64,000 bases of DNA, taken from positions 1 through 64,000 of the IMG/VR virus record IMGVR_UViG_3300047275_000752; one strand, written 5' to 3'. Both the position numbers and the translations under genes were made by a program. Below, piece after piece: positions 32,918 to 41,018 of the stretch. Under the pieces are notes generated by a model, which had not been told where the DNA came from, did not search any database, and worked only from the letters and a program-made list of their open reading frames with translations. Origin of the DNA: a virus (Duplodnaviria; Caudoviricetes). The first letter of the stretch is position 1. The number at the start of each line of letters is the position of its first letter.

Positions 32918-33906
32918 TTCTCGTCATCATAGCGCCAGAATATTTCCCTGCTGGTCTCAGGCTCAGGAACATCTGTAGGCCAACTTGATATTTGGTATTT
33001 CATCCTGAACTTTGCCGGATCAAGATTGGCGTCACGCATGCGTTGTTCTGTGTCTACGATTCTGTGATCAAGTACATTGACATTTTTGGGATCATTCCTT
33101 GAGAGCTCATAGTACATGAATTGTAGCTCGTCATATAGATCAATGAGCTCCCTGTACTTGGCTGGAATTACGACTTGATCCTTACGCTCATCTTCTTCTA
33201 ATGGTGTTGCTCTGTCATAATTCAGTCCATCATTGAATAGCGTATATACGTTCTGGTATTTCTTGGTATGTGGTGATCCGATACCAATAATGCTTTGCAG
33301 GTTCTTAGAGGAATTTTCTTTCGCCCAGAATGGGTTGTGTTCTATGCCATTCTTAAGGACCGAGAAGAAATATTCGTATGAATGACGCTCAAGTTTTAGC
33401 GCCGAGATATGGCAATCAATAGCCTTAAGTAGTTCGCAACTCATTCTATTAACTTTGGAGTAATTCGCGGGCCTGTAGGCATTCCAAGCTGTTCTGGCGA
33501 CTTCCAGATAATCAGGGCGCTCTTCTTTCTGTTTGATCGGCTCAACTTTTGCTTCAGGTTCAATGCCAAGCAGTTGTCTTTGCGCTTCAGCCCTTGCCGC
33601 ATTCGTGTGTTGTATAAGCTTCCTAAGAACAGGTGTAGGGTTAATCAATATCAGATGATCTTCAGTTCCCTTTATTAAGCCAAATTCTCGCAGCTCCTTC
33701 ATGCATCTTATACGCGTGGATCTATGTATACCTATCATCTTGTCGAGGACTGATTTATCGATCGGTCCAAACTTCGACTGATTAGCCAAAACGATCCACA
33801 GAAGTTTGCTGTTTGGATGCAGGTCTTCGCACAGCAGCAACTCCAGCGGTGCTTTGGCATAGGCATCCGGCTCCCATTGTGAGTCCTTGGAAACCGAGAT
33901 TTTCAT
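32914..33906 (-). CDS. putative replication initiator with N-terminal winged HTH
   Basis: LHPNSKLLWIVL..DKMIGIHRST.IRCMKELREFGLI; ATGA-coupled to dnaB; alternative GTG start at 33927. Confidence 0.55.
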   Translation of the reverse strand: MKISVSKDSQWEPDAYAKAPLELLLCEDLHPNSKLLWIVLANQSKFGPIDKSVLDKMIGIHRSTRIRCMKELREFGLIKGTEDHLILINPTPVLRKLIQHTNAARAEAQRQLLGIEPEAKVEPIKQKEERPDYLEVARTAWNAYRPANYSKVNRMSCELLKAIDCHISALKLERHSYEYFFSVLKNGIEHNPFWAKENSSKNLQSIIGIGSPHTKKYQNVYTLFNDGLNYDRATPLEEDERKDQVVIPAKYRELIDLYDELQFMYYELSRNDPKNVNVLDHRIVDTEQRMRDANLDPAKFRMKYQISSWPTDVPEPETSREIFWRYDDEK

Positions 33907-34023
33907 GGGCGAGGTAGCGCTGAGCACAAGTTAACGACCGAGCAAGGGAAAGCAACGGAAGAAAATCGGTGATCTTCTGATGCCTGTCCAGGTTAAGTAA
34001 TGTTACAACCCTGAAAAGGCCGC

Positions 34024-34218
34024 GTTGCATCTTGCGACAAAACGCGTTGGATTTTGCAACGTTCATGTTGCATAACGCGACATTTAGCGTTGTATTATGC
34101 AACTTTGTTGGATTATGCAACAAAATCGCGTTGCATTGTGCAACAGCCCGCGTTGCATCTTGCAACGCAAACGTTGCGTCCCGCAACATTCGGCCCAAAT
34201 CACGTTGCGTTGTGCAAC
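34024..34218. repeat. array of nine 15-bp palindromes GTTGC-N5-GCAAC (putative origin iterons or operators)
   Basis: units start at 34024, 34046, 34067, 34089, 34107, 34130, 34152, 34173, 34204; A-rich tract follows. Confidence 0.9.
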
Positions 34219-34285
34219 ACTTAAAAAGAACCTCCTTGAAAAAGAACAAATAATAAAAAAAAGAATAGGCAAACCAAAATTTGGT

Positions 34286-34294
34286 TGGTATGAT
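34286..34294 (+). promoter_or_regulatory. extended -10 promoter (TGGTATGAT), probably giving a leaderless mRNA
   Basis: -10 ends 6 nt before ATG 34301; TGGTATAAT also occurs at 36405 and 40182. Confidence 0.45.
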
Positions 34295-34300
34295 GACGGC

Positions 34301-34756
34301 ATGGCAGACGCAGACAAGCGCAAACTCAAGGACCTGACCCCTGCCGAACGGGAGACCTTCGAGCAGGGGTGGAACGAAATCGGCAAATCCATTGGAGAGC
34401 TGGTGGCGTCCCGCGCCAAAACCACGGCATGGGCTTGGTCTCTGATCGCGCCACTAGGCATGTATGAACGCTGGATGCTCTATGGATGGATAGATAGATC
34501 AAAAAAATTGCTATCCAATAGGAGAAGGCCAACTAGTGGTAGGCCACAATTGACCAATAAATGCTTTGAACGTAGTAAGTTCAGTAATTCCAGTGAACTG
34601 ATTCAAGTCTTGAAGCTGGTAAAAGGTGGCCTGTCTCCACAGGAGGCCATGGAGGTCTTCAATCAGCAGAAGAACCTGTATACTGTCAAAGACGACTCAA
34701 GGAACAATGCCCCTCGTACCCAATCTCGCAGGAGTAGCAAGCCAGGAACTGGTTGA
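34301..34756 (+). CDS. hypothetical protein
   Basis: start reassigned to MADADKRK, downstream of the palindrome array. Confidence 0.6.
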   Translation: MADADKRKLKDLTPAERETFEQGWNEIGKSIGELVASRAKTTAWAWSLIAPLGMYERWMLYGWIDRSKKLLSNRRRPTSGRPQLTNKCFERSKFSNSSELIQVLKLVKGGLSPQEAMEVFNQQKNLYTVKDDSRNNAPRTQSRRSSKPGTG

Positions 34757-35426
34757 GACTATTGGTACTGGCTCTTACCGAGCTAGCTATATCAACTGGG
34801 CCAGGACGTTCAACCTGCTGCATCAACACGCCCCGGATTGGATGCTGGAAACTATTCCAGCACCCGATGGCAGTAATGTATGGCGTGCACCTGGCAATGG
34901 CGGCTACCTGATGCTTAGATTTGTGCATTCAGAGGGCCATGTAACACCTGCCGTACCTCAGGCAGTCATGGATAACAGGAATAATCCTATCCCTTATGAG
35001 CGTATCAGCGCGAGGGACATTACCGATACGCATCGGCGTGGTGGTTGCATGGCGGCTGCTATGATCTTTGGCCTTGCTCATGAACTGTGGGCTAAAATGC
35101 CCCTGGAGAGCGGCTATCCAGAAGCCGATACAGAGACCCAGGTGGCCCCTGGAGGGGCCTTCCAGGCGCCCACAGAGGCCACTATGCAAGATTTCCTTGA
35201 GGCATGCCTTGAGAAAGGTCTAACACCTGTTGCGGCAGATACATTGCTTGACTTGATCGGAACGAATTACGCTGGTGGCATAAAAAGCCTTGCAAATAAA
35301 ACCTCAGATTGGGTGACTGAGCAGAACGAGAAAGCGGCTGAGGAGAGCAAGAAATCTGAACTTGGGGCTGCGCCAGCAAAACAATCTGTAAAAAAGACAA
35401 GCAAGCCCAATCCAGAGGATTATTGA
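34707..35426 (+). CDS. single-strand annealing protein (Sak/Rad52-like, DUF1071-type)
   Basis: SYINWART, VPQAVMDNRNNPI..ISARDITDTHRRG.CMAAAM.FGLAHELW. Confidence 0.65.
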   Translation: MPLVPNLAGVASQELVETIGTGSYRASYINWARTFNLLHQHAPDWMLETIPAPDGSNVWRAPGNGGYLMLRFVHSEGHVTPAVPQAVMDNRNNPIPYERISARDITDTHRRGGCMAAAMIFGLAHELWAKMPLESGYPEADTETQVAPGGAFQAPTEATMQDFLEACLEKGLTPVAADTLLDLIGTNYAGGIKSLANKTSDWVTEQNEKAAEESKKSELGAAPAKQSVKKTSKPNPEDY

Positions 35427-35551
35427 GCCAGCAATACCCCAGACTGCTTGAACAGGATTTCGCTCCAGTCACTTTCTCCATAGATTGGGCTGCAGGTCAG
35501 CTTGCTCAGGCCTTTGATGGGGTAATCATAAAAGATTATGAAGGGCCTTGA
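35423..35551 (+). CDS. small hypothetical protein (42 aa)
   Basis: TTGA overlap; MSQQYPRLLEQDFAPVTFSIDWAAGQLAQAFDGVIIKDYEGP ends inside the terminator. Confidence 0.35.
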   Translation: MSQQYPRLLEQDFAPVTFSIDWAAGQLAQAFDGVIIKDYEGP

Positions 35552-35563
35552 GGGGCCCTTTTT
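35541..35563 (+). terminator. intrinsic terminator
   Basis: AAGGGCC-TTGAGG-GGCCCTT followed by TTT. Confidence 0.75.
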
Positions 35564-35596
35564 CTTTGCTAATCTAATCTGGAAGCGACCCCACTC

Positions 35597-36412
35597 ATGT
35601 TTAAGTCTTCGACTCAAGACGAGCTAACAGCATGGATGAATGCTGCTGGCAATCATAAAATCTTGGCTCCAGATGAAATTGATATTATCGCTAGGCAAAT
35701 AAAAACAGCGGAACCTGGGTCAGCCGAGCATGTGCGATTGGTTAATTATCTGACGATGCACAACTTGAGGCTTGTTATCAAGTTTGTCAAGAATTTCATG
35801 TCAGGTAAAACCAAGAAAAAGTATGGTTGCACTGAAACGGTGGACTACTTACAGGTAGGCACTCTTGGCCTTAGAAGAGCTGCTGAATGTTATGACCCGA
35901 CTCGTGGGTATAAGTTTTCCACCTATGCCTACCCATGGATTAGGTCATTTGTGAGCAGATACAACATGAAGGTGTCAAGTATTTTCCATATACCGGAAAA
36001 CGCACTGAGGGATGCATGGTATTACGAAGCTCATGGCCATATCAAAACTAAAACCAAGTCTGGGTTTAGGGATGAAGCTTACTGTATTGAACTTAGGGAC
36101 AAGGTGCGAGCTGCTCAATCGCCAGTATCTCTGGATCTTAAGGTTGGCGACGACGAGTCTATCCCCCTTGGCCTGACGATTGAGAGCACTTACCCAGAGC
36201 GCACCAGGGAGGGTGAATTTCCATTGGAAATTGAAGACATGATCGATGCGGCTGGACTGACAAAAATGCAAAAAGAAATCATAAAGGCCTTTTACCTGCA
36301 AGACATTGACATGGAGCAACTGGCTAAAGCCTATTCAGTTACTAGAGATAAGATTAAATCTGTGAAAGAGTCCGCGATCCAACGCCTCAGAATGGCCAAT
36401 GGATTGGTATAA
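35597..36412 (+). CDS. RNA polymerase sigma-70 family factor (RpoD/group 2-like)
   Basis: region 1.2 KILAPDEI; region 2 HNLRLVIK..DYLQVGTLGLRRAAECYDPTRGYKFSTYAYPWIR; region 4 HTH. Confidence 0.88.
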   Translation: MFKSSTQDELTAWMNAAGNHKILAPDEIDIIARQIKTAEPGSAEHVRLVNYLTMHNLRLVIKFVKNFMSGKTKKKYGCTETVDYLQVGTLGLRRAAECYDPTRGYKFSTYAYPWIRSFVSRYNMKVSSIFHIPENALRDAWYYEAHGHIKTKTKSGFRDEAYCIELRDKVRAAQSPVSLDLKVGDDESIPLGLTIESTYPERTREGEFPLEIEDMIDAAGLTKMQKEIIKAFYLQDIDMEQLAKAYSVTRDKIKSVKESAIQRLRMANGLV

Positions 36413-36438
36413 TGAAATGTCAACCCATTTCGGGAATA

Positions 36439-36828
36439 ATGGCTACCATTAGTATTGCGGGTACTGTAACGGGTAAACCTGACCAAACTCCGGTCACCCT
36501 GAAAACGTTTCCCTCCAAAAATGGAGGTTCTCCTGACGTTATCGCGACCTTTAGCGTTGCTGACCGGGCTTATTTCTACGTGAAAGCCGGAGAGGAGCGT
36601 CAAGGGCAGTTCTATAACTGTGAGGTTCGAGGCAAAACCGCTGAGATTTGTGCTGAACGCATCAAGCGTGGCGACAAGATCGCAGTTAGCGGTCAATTGG
36701 TTCAGCGAACCTATCAGGAAAGGCTTTTCCTTGATATCAAGAACGCCTCCATCACTTTTCTGGACGATGGCGGTAACGCTAGTAACCCTGCCCAGAAGAA
36801 CTATTCCAAGGCGGAAATGCCCTTCTGA
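36439..36828 (+). CDS. ssb: single-stranded DNA-binding protein
   Basis: QFYNCEVRGKTAE..KRGDKIAVSGQL OB fold; ends EMPF. Confidence 0.85.
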   Translation: MATISIAGTVTGKPDQTPVTLKTFPSKNGGSPDVIATFSVADRAYFYVKAGEERQGQFYNCEVRGKTAEICAERIKRGDKIAVSGQLVQRTYQERLFLDIKNASITFLDDGGNASNPAQKNYSKAEMPF

Positions 36829-36853
36829 GTCACTGGTCAACTGACTTGTCACG

Positions 36854-36875
36854 GCGGCCTTCTGGCCGCTTTTTT
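36854..36875 (+). terminator. intrinsic terminator
   Basis: GCGGCC-TTCT-GGCCGC followed by TTTTTT. Confidence 0.85.
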
Positions 36876-36878
36876 ATC

Positions 36879-37331
36879 ATGAATATCAGTCAACAAGAAT
36901 GCAGTGAGCTGTCAGGTGCCGTTGGAGCACTAATTGATGATTTACCTGTTCTTACAACAGCACAAGTCAGGCCTTATGTCATAGCAATTTTGCTACATCG
37001 CGGTGCTGTGCGGCCAAGCGAGATAGCAGCTAGCTTAACTCCACATTGCAGACAATCAGATTTAAAAACTGGAGAATGGGATCCACTTGATGGCGAATGG
37101 TGCAATAGCACCAGACTGGAAAAATTGATAGATGAAGTTCTTGGTGAACTCGTATCAGAACAGATCGTACGGTATAATGAAGAACAGGACCTTTGGGTAC
37201 TGACGGCAAATCAAGTGTCAACCATTATATCGTGGGTTGCTTCACTGGGTGCCAAGATGCCACAGCATGTATTGCTTGAGCTAAGTCGAGATCAAATTCA
37301 AAGGATTCCCGAATACATTAATCTTGATTGA
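36879..37331 (+). CDS. hypothetical protein
   Basis: start reassigned to MNISQ, after the terminator. Confidence 0.6.
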   Translation: MNISQQECSELSGAVGALIDDLPVLTTAQVRPYVIAILLHRGAVRPSEIAASLTPHCRQSDLKTGEWDPLDGEWCNSTRLEKLIDEVLGELVSEQIVRYNEEQDLWVLTANQVSTIISWVASLGAKMPQHVLLELSRDQIQRIPEYINLD

Positions 37332-37334
37332 GCC

Positions 37335-37577
37335 ATGGTAAAAGCAAAAAGCAGGGAATTAGCTAATGACCAGCGGCTATCCAGACCGCCTTTCCCTATC
37401 CCGCGATTCATGAAGGGTACTAAAGTGCAGGTCTACATGGGGGCAGGCTGGAGCACTGGTTCGGTTGTAGATAGCCATCAGGACAAGTGCGCTGTTCGAC
37501 TCGCAATTGGAAACCGCTTGATTACCGTGTTTGATGCTAGGTCTATTCGTAAAGCAGCTCAGGACAACGAAGGTTGA
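37335..37577 (+). CDS. hypothetical protein (SH3/KOW-like)
   Basis: KGTKVQVYMGAGWSTGSVV. Confidence 0.55.
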   Translation: MVKAKSRELANDQRLSRPPFPIPRFMKGTKVQVYMGAGWSTGSVVDSHQDKCAVRLAIGNRLITVFDARSIRKAAQDNEG

Positions 37578-37581
37578 ATCA

Positions 37582-37995
37582 ATGAACGATCTATCCCGTA
37601 CGCAACAGCAGATATCCGACATCTGTGATTCTGTTAAAAAATTGCTAATCAGCAAGAACAAGAAATATGGTGACTCTGCACTGGCGCCGGTTAGGGTTTT
37701 CAGCAAAGCTAGTGCCGTGGAACAGATTTTTGTAAGGATAGACGATAAACTATCCAGGATATCGAAAGGGGTTGGTCTGCTTGGTAACGACGAGGATGTT
37801 ATCGATGATCTGATTGGTTATCTTATTCTGCTTAAAATTGCTATGCAACGCGGCGATGAGGAGCAGTGGGATGGCTGTAATATTGGCGATTCTGCTATTC
37901 CATGCCTTTTTAGGGAAGCTAAGCAAGAACCGGGCAAACCCTTAAATGATTCCGAGTGGCTTGAGTTGCACACTTCAGGGGACCGATTCACCTGA
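37582..37995 (+). CDS. nucleotide modification associated domain 1 (Nmad1/DUF1599-like)
   Basis: LLISKNKKYGDSAL.P..F....RIDDKLSRI....EDVIDDLIGYLILL. Confidence 0.75.
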   Translation: MNDLSRTQQQISDICDSVKKLLISKNKKYGDSALAPVRVFSKASAVEQIFVRIDDKLSRISKGVGLLGNDEDVIDDLIGYLILLKIAMQRGDEEQWDGCNIGDSAIPCLFREAKQEPGKPLNDSEWLELHTSGDRFT

Positions 37996-38344
37996 TCATG
38001 TGCTTGTAATTAAGCAGTCCTTATTCTCCAAAGCTCGGCCAAGACTGACCAGAAGTGGCCACGCATACATGCCAGCCTCATATAAAGCAGCTCAGCTTGA
38101 GATGAGGCGGCAATTGAAAATGCAATGGACTGAAGGCCCCCTTGAAGGGCCTATTTCTTTGGCTATAAAGGTAAAAGGCGAAGGCAGGGGTGATGCGGAT
38201 AACATTGCTGGTGCATTCATGGACAGTGCTCAAGGCATAGTCCTTCTAGATGATCGCGTCAGTGTAGTTCCTGTCCTTTCTATAGAATGGCAAAAGGCCA
38301 GCAAGGCTGAATCCGAATGGATCATAGAAATAAGGCAGTTATAA
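37946..38344 (+). CDS. rusA: RusA-like Holliday junction resolvase
   Basis: FSKARPR..., GDADNIAGAFMDSAQGIVLLDD; start uncertain. Confidence 0.75.
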   Translation: MIPSGLSCTLQGTDSPDHVLVIKQSLFSKARPRLTRSGHAYMPASYKAAQLEMRRQLKMQWTEGPLEGPISLAIKVKGEGRGDADNIAGAFMDSAQGIVLLDDRVSVVPVLSIEWQKASKAESEWIIEIRQL

Positions 38345-38366
38345 TGAAGTACGCGCTAGTTAAAAG

Positions 38367-39206
38367 ATGGTATCAATCGCCTATTGTCAGCCTGATGCGG
38401 ACTATCGACGTGAACTTGGTGAAAACCAAAGCCATCTTAAGCATATCTTAATTAGTCCAGCCCATTACAAGGCATCAAAGGCAAAGAGGTTTCCTGTTAC
38501 AGTTAACATGGAAATAGGTTCGGCTGTTCACTGTTTGACGCTGGAAGGCAAGAAGGAATTTGACTCACGCTTTTTGCTCAAGCCAGATGGCATCAACTTC
38601 ACGACAAAAGAAGGGAAGGAATTCAAAGCTGAAAATAAGCATAAGACAATCCTGGCAAAACAGGATTACGAAAACGTGGTTGGCATGGCTGATTCACTTG
38701 GTCAACTAGACTGGTTCGACCAATCACAGACTGATTACAGAAAATTCAATGAACTATCAATCTACTGGGATGTAGACACAATCCCATGCAAGGGCCGCCT
38801 TGATCGATTAGTTGATATGGGTGACTATGTTAATGTGCTTGACCTAAAAAGTACCGACTCGGTTGATCCTGATACCTTTGGCAAGAAGGTTACAGGCGGA
38901 ATGAATTATTTGTTCCAAGCAGCTTGGTATGCCGAGGCGGCGTCAATGGCTTTTAACAAGCCGGCAAAATTTACTTTCATAGGTATTGAGAGGACTCCTC
39001 CATGGACCGTGGCTATATTTGAGATCTCTGAAGAAATGATGCTGGAAGGCCAACAGCAAATCGGACAGGCTAGGCGTATTCTTAAGGATTGCATAAGGTC
39101 GAAAACCTGGCCAAGGCCGCAGGTCACTTATAATGTATTGGAGCTACCCCGCTGGTATCGATCACCACTCGGCTCTGAAGTTTACACAGAAAAGGATTTA
39201 TTTTAA
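38367..39206 (+). CDS. exonuclease VIII/RecE-like PD-(D/E)XK nuclease
   Basis: IGSAVHC, ELSIYW..CKGRLDRL..DLKST..YLFQAAWY..F.FIGIE. Confidence 0.85.
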   Translation: MVSIAYCQPDADYRRELGENQSHLKHILISPAHYKASKAKRFPVTVNMEIGSAVHCLTLEGKKEFDSRFLLKPDGINFTTKEGKEFKAENKHKTILAKQDYENVVGMADSLGQLDWFDQSQTDYRKFNELSIYWDVDTIPCKGRLDRLVDMGDYVNVLDLKSTDSVDPDTFGKKVTGGMNYLFQAAWYAEAASMAFNKPAKFTFIGIERTPPWTVAIFEISEEMMLEGQQQIGQARRILKDCIRSKTWPRPQVTYNVLELPRWYRSPLGSEVYTEKDLF

Positions 39207-39415
39207 TGACTCAAAACAACAGTAATGTGTCCAGTGCTAGTATGGGATTTAGTGGATGGCTTACCATCTTATTCATAGGCCTGAAACTGACGGGTTACAT
39301 TAGTTGGCCGTGGATCTGGGTGTTGTCGCCATTATTGATTTCGCTTTCGTTGCTGCTGACCATACTCCTTGTCTGCCTGTTAATCATCGGACTCATTAAA
39401 CTGACCGAGAAATGA
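39206..39415 (+). CDS. small membrane protein
   Basis: LTILFIGLKLTGYISWPWIWVLSP, a widespread phage TM motif. Confidence 0.7.
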   Translation: MTQNNSNVSSASMGFSGWLTILFIGLKLTGYISWPWIWVLSPLLISLSLLLTILLVCLLIIGLIKLTEK

Positions 39416-40164
39416 AACCAATTAAAGCAAAAGATTTACTACAGCTTGACACTAGACTTCAAGTTGTAAAGCTTCAGTCTTACCCGATTCCCGAGCAAGT
39501 TGTCTGGCAGGCAGCAAGGGGTGACTATTCCGAAATCCCCATCCATGAAGTCAAAGTTCCACCTCATCAAGAGTGTGGTCAATGGATTGTTGATCAACTT
39601 CTTGCCAATGAAAGAGGTCATTGGGGCCCGCTAGAGCACCCAGGGATCACTTTCTCGGTAGCCGGCTTCGTCCATAATGTAATGGTTCAATCAAGAACTC
39701 ATCGCATTGGGACCTCTTGGGATGTTCAGTCCCAGCGTTATACCGGCAAACGTGTTGTTAAGGTCGCTAAGGGCGAACTTGCTGTCGAGGATGTGTTCTA
39801 TGTTCGCCCAGAAGGACTCTACACTAATCGTAAAGGGAAAAAGTATGAATGGACTCAGCACCACAGGATCAGAAAACTTGGACGCATTCTGGACGAGTGT
39901 CAGGAATATACTGAATACTATGAGTTAGGAATGGCCGAAGAACACATTCGGGATTATCTTCCTCAGGCTATTCGCCAAAACTTCGTAGTATCCTTTAATC
40001 TGCGTTCGGTCCTTCATTTTTTGGACCTTCGTTCAAAACTTGATGCTCAAATTGAAATTCAAGCGCTTTGTGATGCTTTTATTCCTGAGCTTCAAAGATG
40101 GACGCCCAATGTCTGGAAATACTACGAAGAAAAGCGCCTTCATCGCGCTCGCTTGTCACCTTGA
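39412..40164 (+). CDS. thyX: flavin-dependent thymidylate synthase
   Basis: GHWGPLEHP, QSRTHRIGTSWDVQSQRY (cyanobacterial-type), SFNLRSVLHFLDLRSK.DAQIEI. Confidence 0.92.
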   Translation: MKPIKAKDLLQLDTRLQVVKLQSYPIPEQVVWQAARGDYSEIPIHEVKVPPHQECGQWIVDQLLANERGHWGPLEHPGITFSVAGFVHNVMVQSRTHRIGTSWDVQSQRYTGKRVVKVAKGELAVEDVFYVRPEGLYTNRKGKKYEWTQHHRIRKLGRILDECQEYTEYYELGMAEEHIRDYLPQAIRQNFVVSFNLRSVLHFLDLRSKLDAQIEIQALCDAFIPELQRWTPNVWKYYEEKRLHRARLSP

Positions 40165-40207
40165 TTCGATTCATGATATATTGGTATAATAGTTAGCACT
40201 TGGCGAG

Positions 40208-40837
40208 ATGCCTGCTGTGTCGGAATGGCGAGAAGCTAAACCTCCCAAACGTGAGGCTGGTCCTATTTACAACTTTAGGCGCGGCTATGATCTAGAAGCG
40301 GCTAAAATGCACGAAAATGCTGAGCAGTATGCTTGTTTCCAGAAATACTTGATGATTCAAGGTGCTAGAAGCTTGAACGAACTGGAAAGATTAACAGATC
40401 ATAGCTCGAATACGCTTTCAAATTGGAGCAAGACTTTTGAATGGGAGAAGCGTGCTGTCGAGTACGACAAGAAACAAATGGCTATTGTATGGCGGCAGGC
40501 GGAAAAATTGCACAGAAATAAGCACAAAGAAGCCATTGTTCAGTTTAGGGAATCTTCTGAACGACAGGCAAAAATGATGTCAAAGGTCTCGGAAGACCTG
40601 ATACGTCTTCTGGGTGATCGGATACTAAGGGCGGAGGAACAAAACGAAGAAGTTCCAATGAATCTAGTGTCTGGGCTGCTTCGTGCGGCAGCTTCTATCA
40701 CGGAACAATCTCGCCAGTCTTGGGCCAATGCTTTAGGCATCAATCAGATGATGGAAATGGTCGAAGCTGAAATGCAAAATCTTACAGTCGAAGACGTTAC
40801 TGACGTTGATGCCTATGAGATCCCGATCGATGAATGA
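40208..40837 (+). CDS. putative terminase small subunit
   Basis: ENAEQYACFQKY...RSL...WS..FEWEKRAVEYD HTH followed by a helical region; upstream of TerL. Confidence 0.6.
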   Translation: MPAVSEWREAKPPKREAGPIYNFRRGYDLEAAKMHENAEQYACFQKYLMIQGARSLNELERLTDHSSNTLSNWSKTFEWEKRAVEYDKKQMAIVWRQAEKLHRNKHKEAIVQFRESSERQAKMMSKVSEDLIRLLGDRILRAEEQNEEVPMNLVSGLLRAAASITEQSRQSWANALGINQMMEMVEAEMQNLTVEDVTDVDAYEIPIDE

Positions 40838-41018
40838 GTCACCTGAAGATAATAAGTTTCCGATGACCGTAACGGAAACTGAAGACGGTGGTTTTATTAT
40901 TGAGTGGGATGGGAGTCATCCTGTTACATCGATATTCAATGAATGGACTGAACAGGATTTCATAAACATGTTAGACTTAGCATGTAGAGATGCATTGGAA
41001 CCGGAGATAGACAAGTGA
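40830..41018 (+). CDS. small hypothetical protein
   Basis: VTETEDGGFIIEWD..P..S.FNEWTEQDF. Confidence 0.6.
   Translation: MNESPEDNKFPMTVTETEDGGFIIEWDGSHPVTSIFNEWTEQDFINMLDLACRDALEPEIDK

Noticed and set aside
33997-34006. GTAATGTTAC as an NtcA site
   Set aside because: Spacing is GTA-N4-TAC, not the required GTA-N8-TAC.
34024-34218. Palindromic repeat array as a mini CRISPR
   Set aside because: Units are 15 bp with only 3-16 bp between them, so there are no spacer-length unique sequences; no cas genes seen.
34032-34300. ORF-track ORFs 34032-34253, 33782-34249, 34084-34461 and the N-terminal extension of 34097-34756
   Set aside because: They translate the repeat array (CN/ATL/QR periodicity). 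A -10 element and ATG at 34301 give a better start.
35420-35617. Minus-strand ORF between the SSAP and sigma genes
   Set aside because: It opposes a plus-strand operon and crosses a plus-strand terminator; the coupled plus-strand ORF at 35423-35551 fits better.
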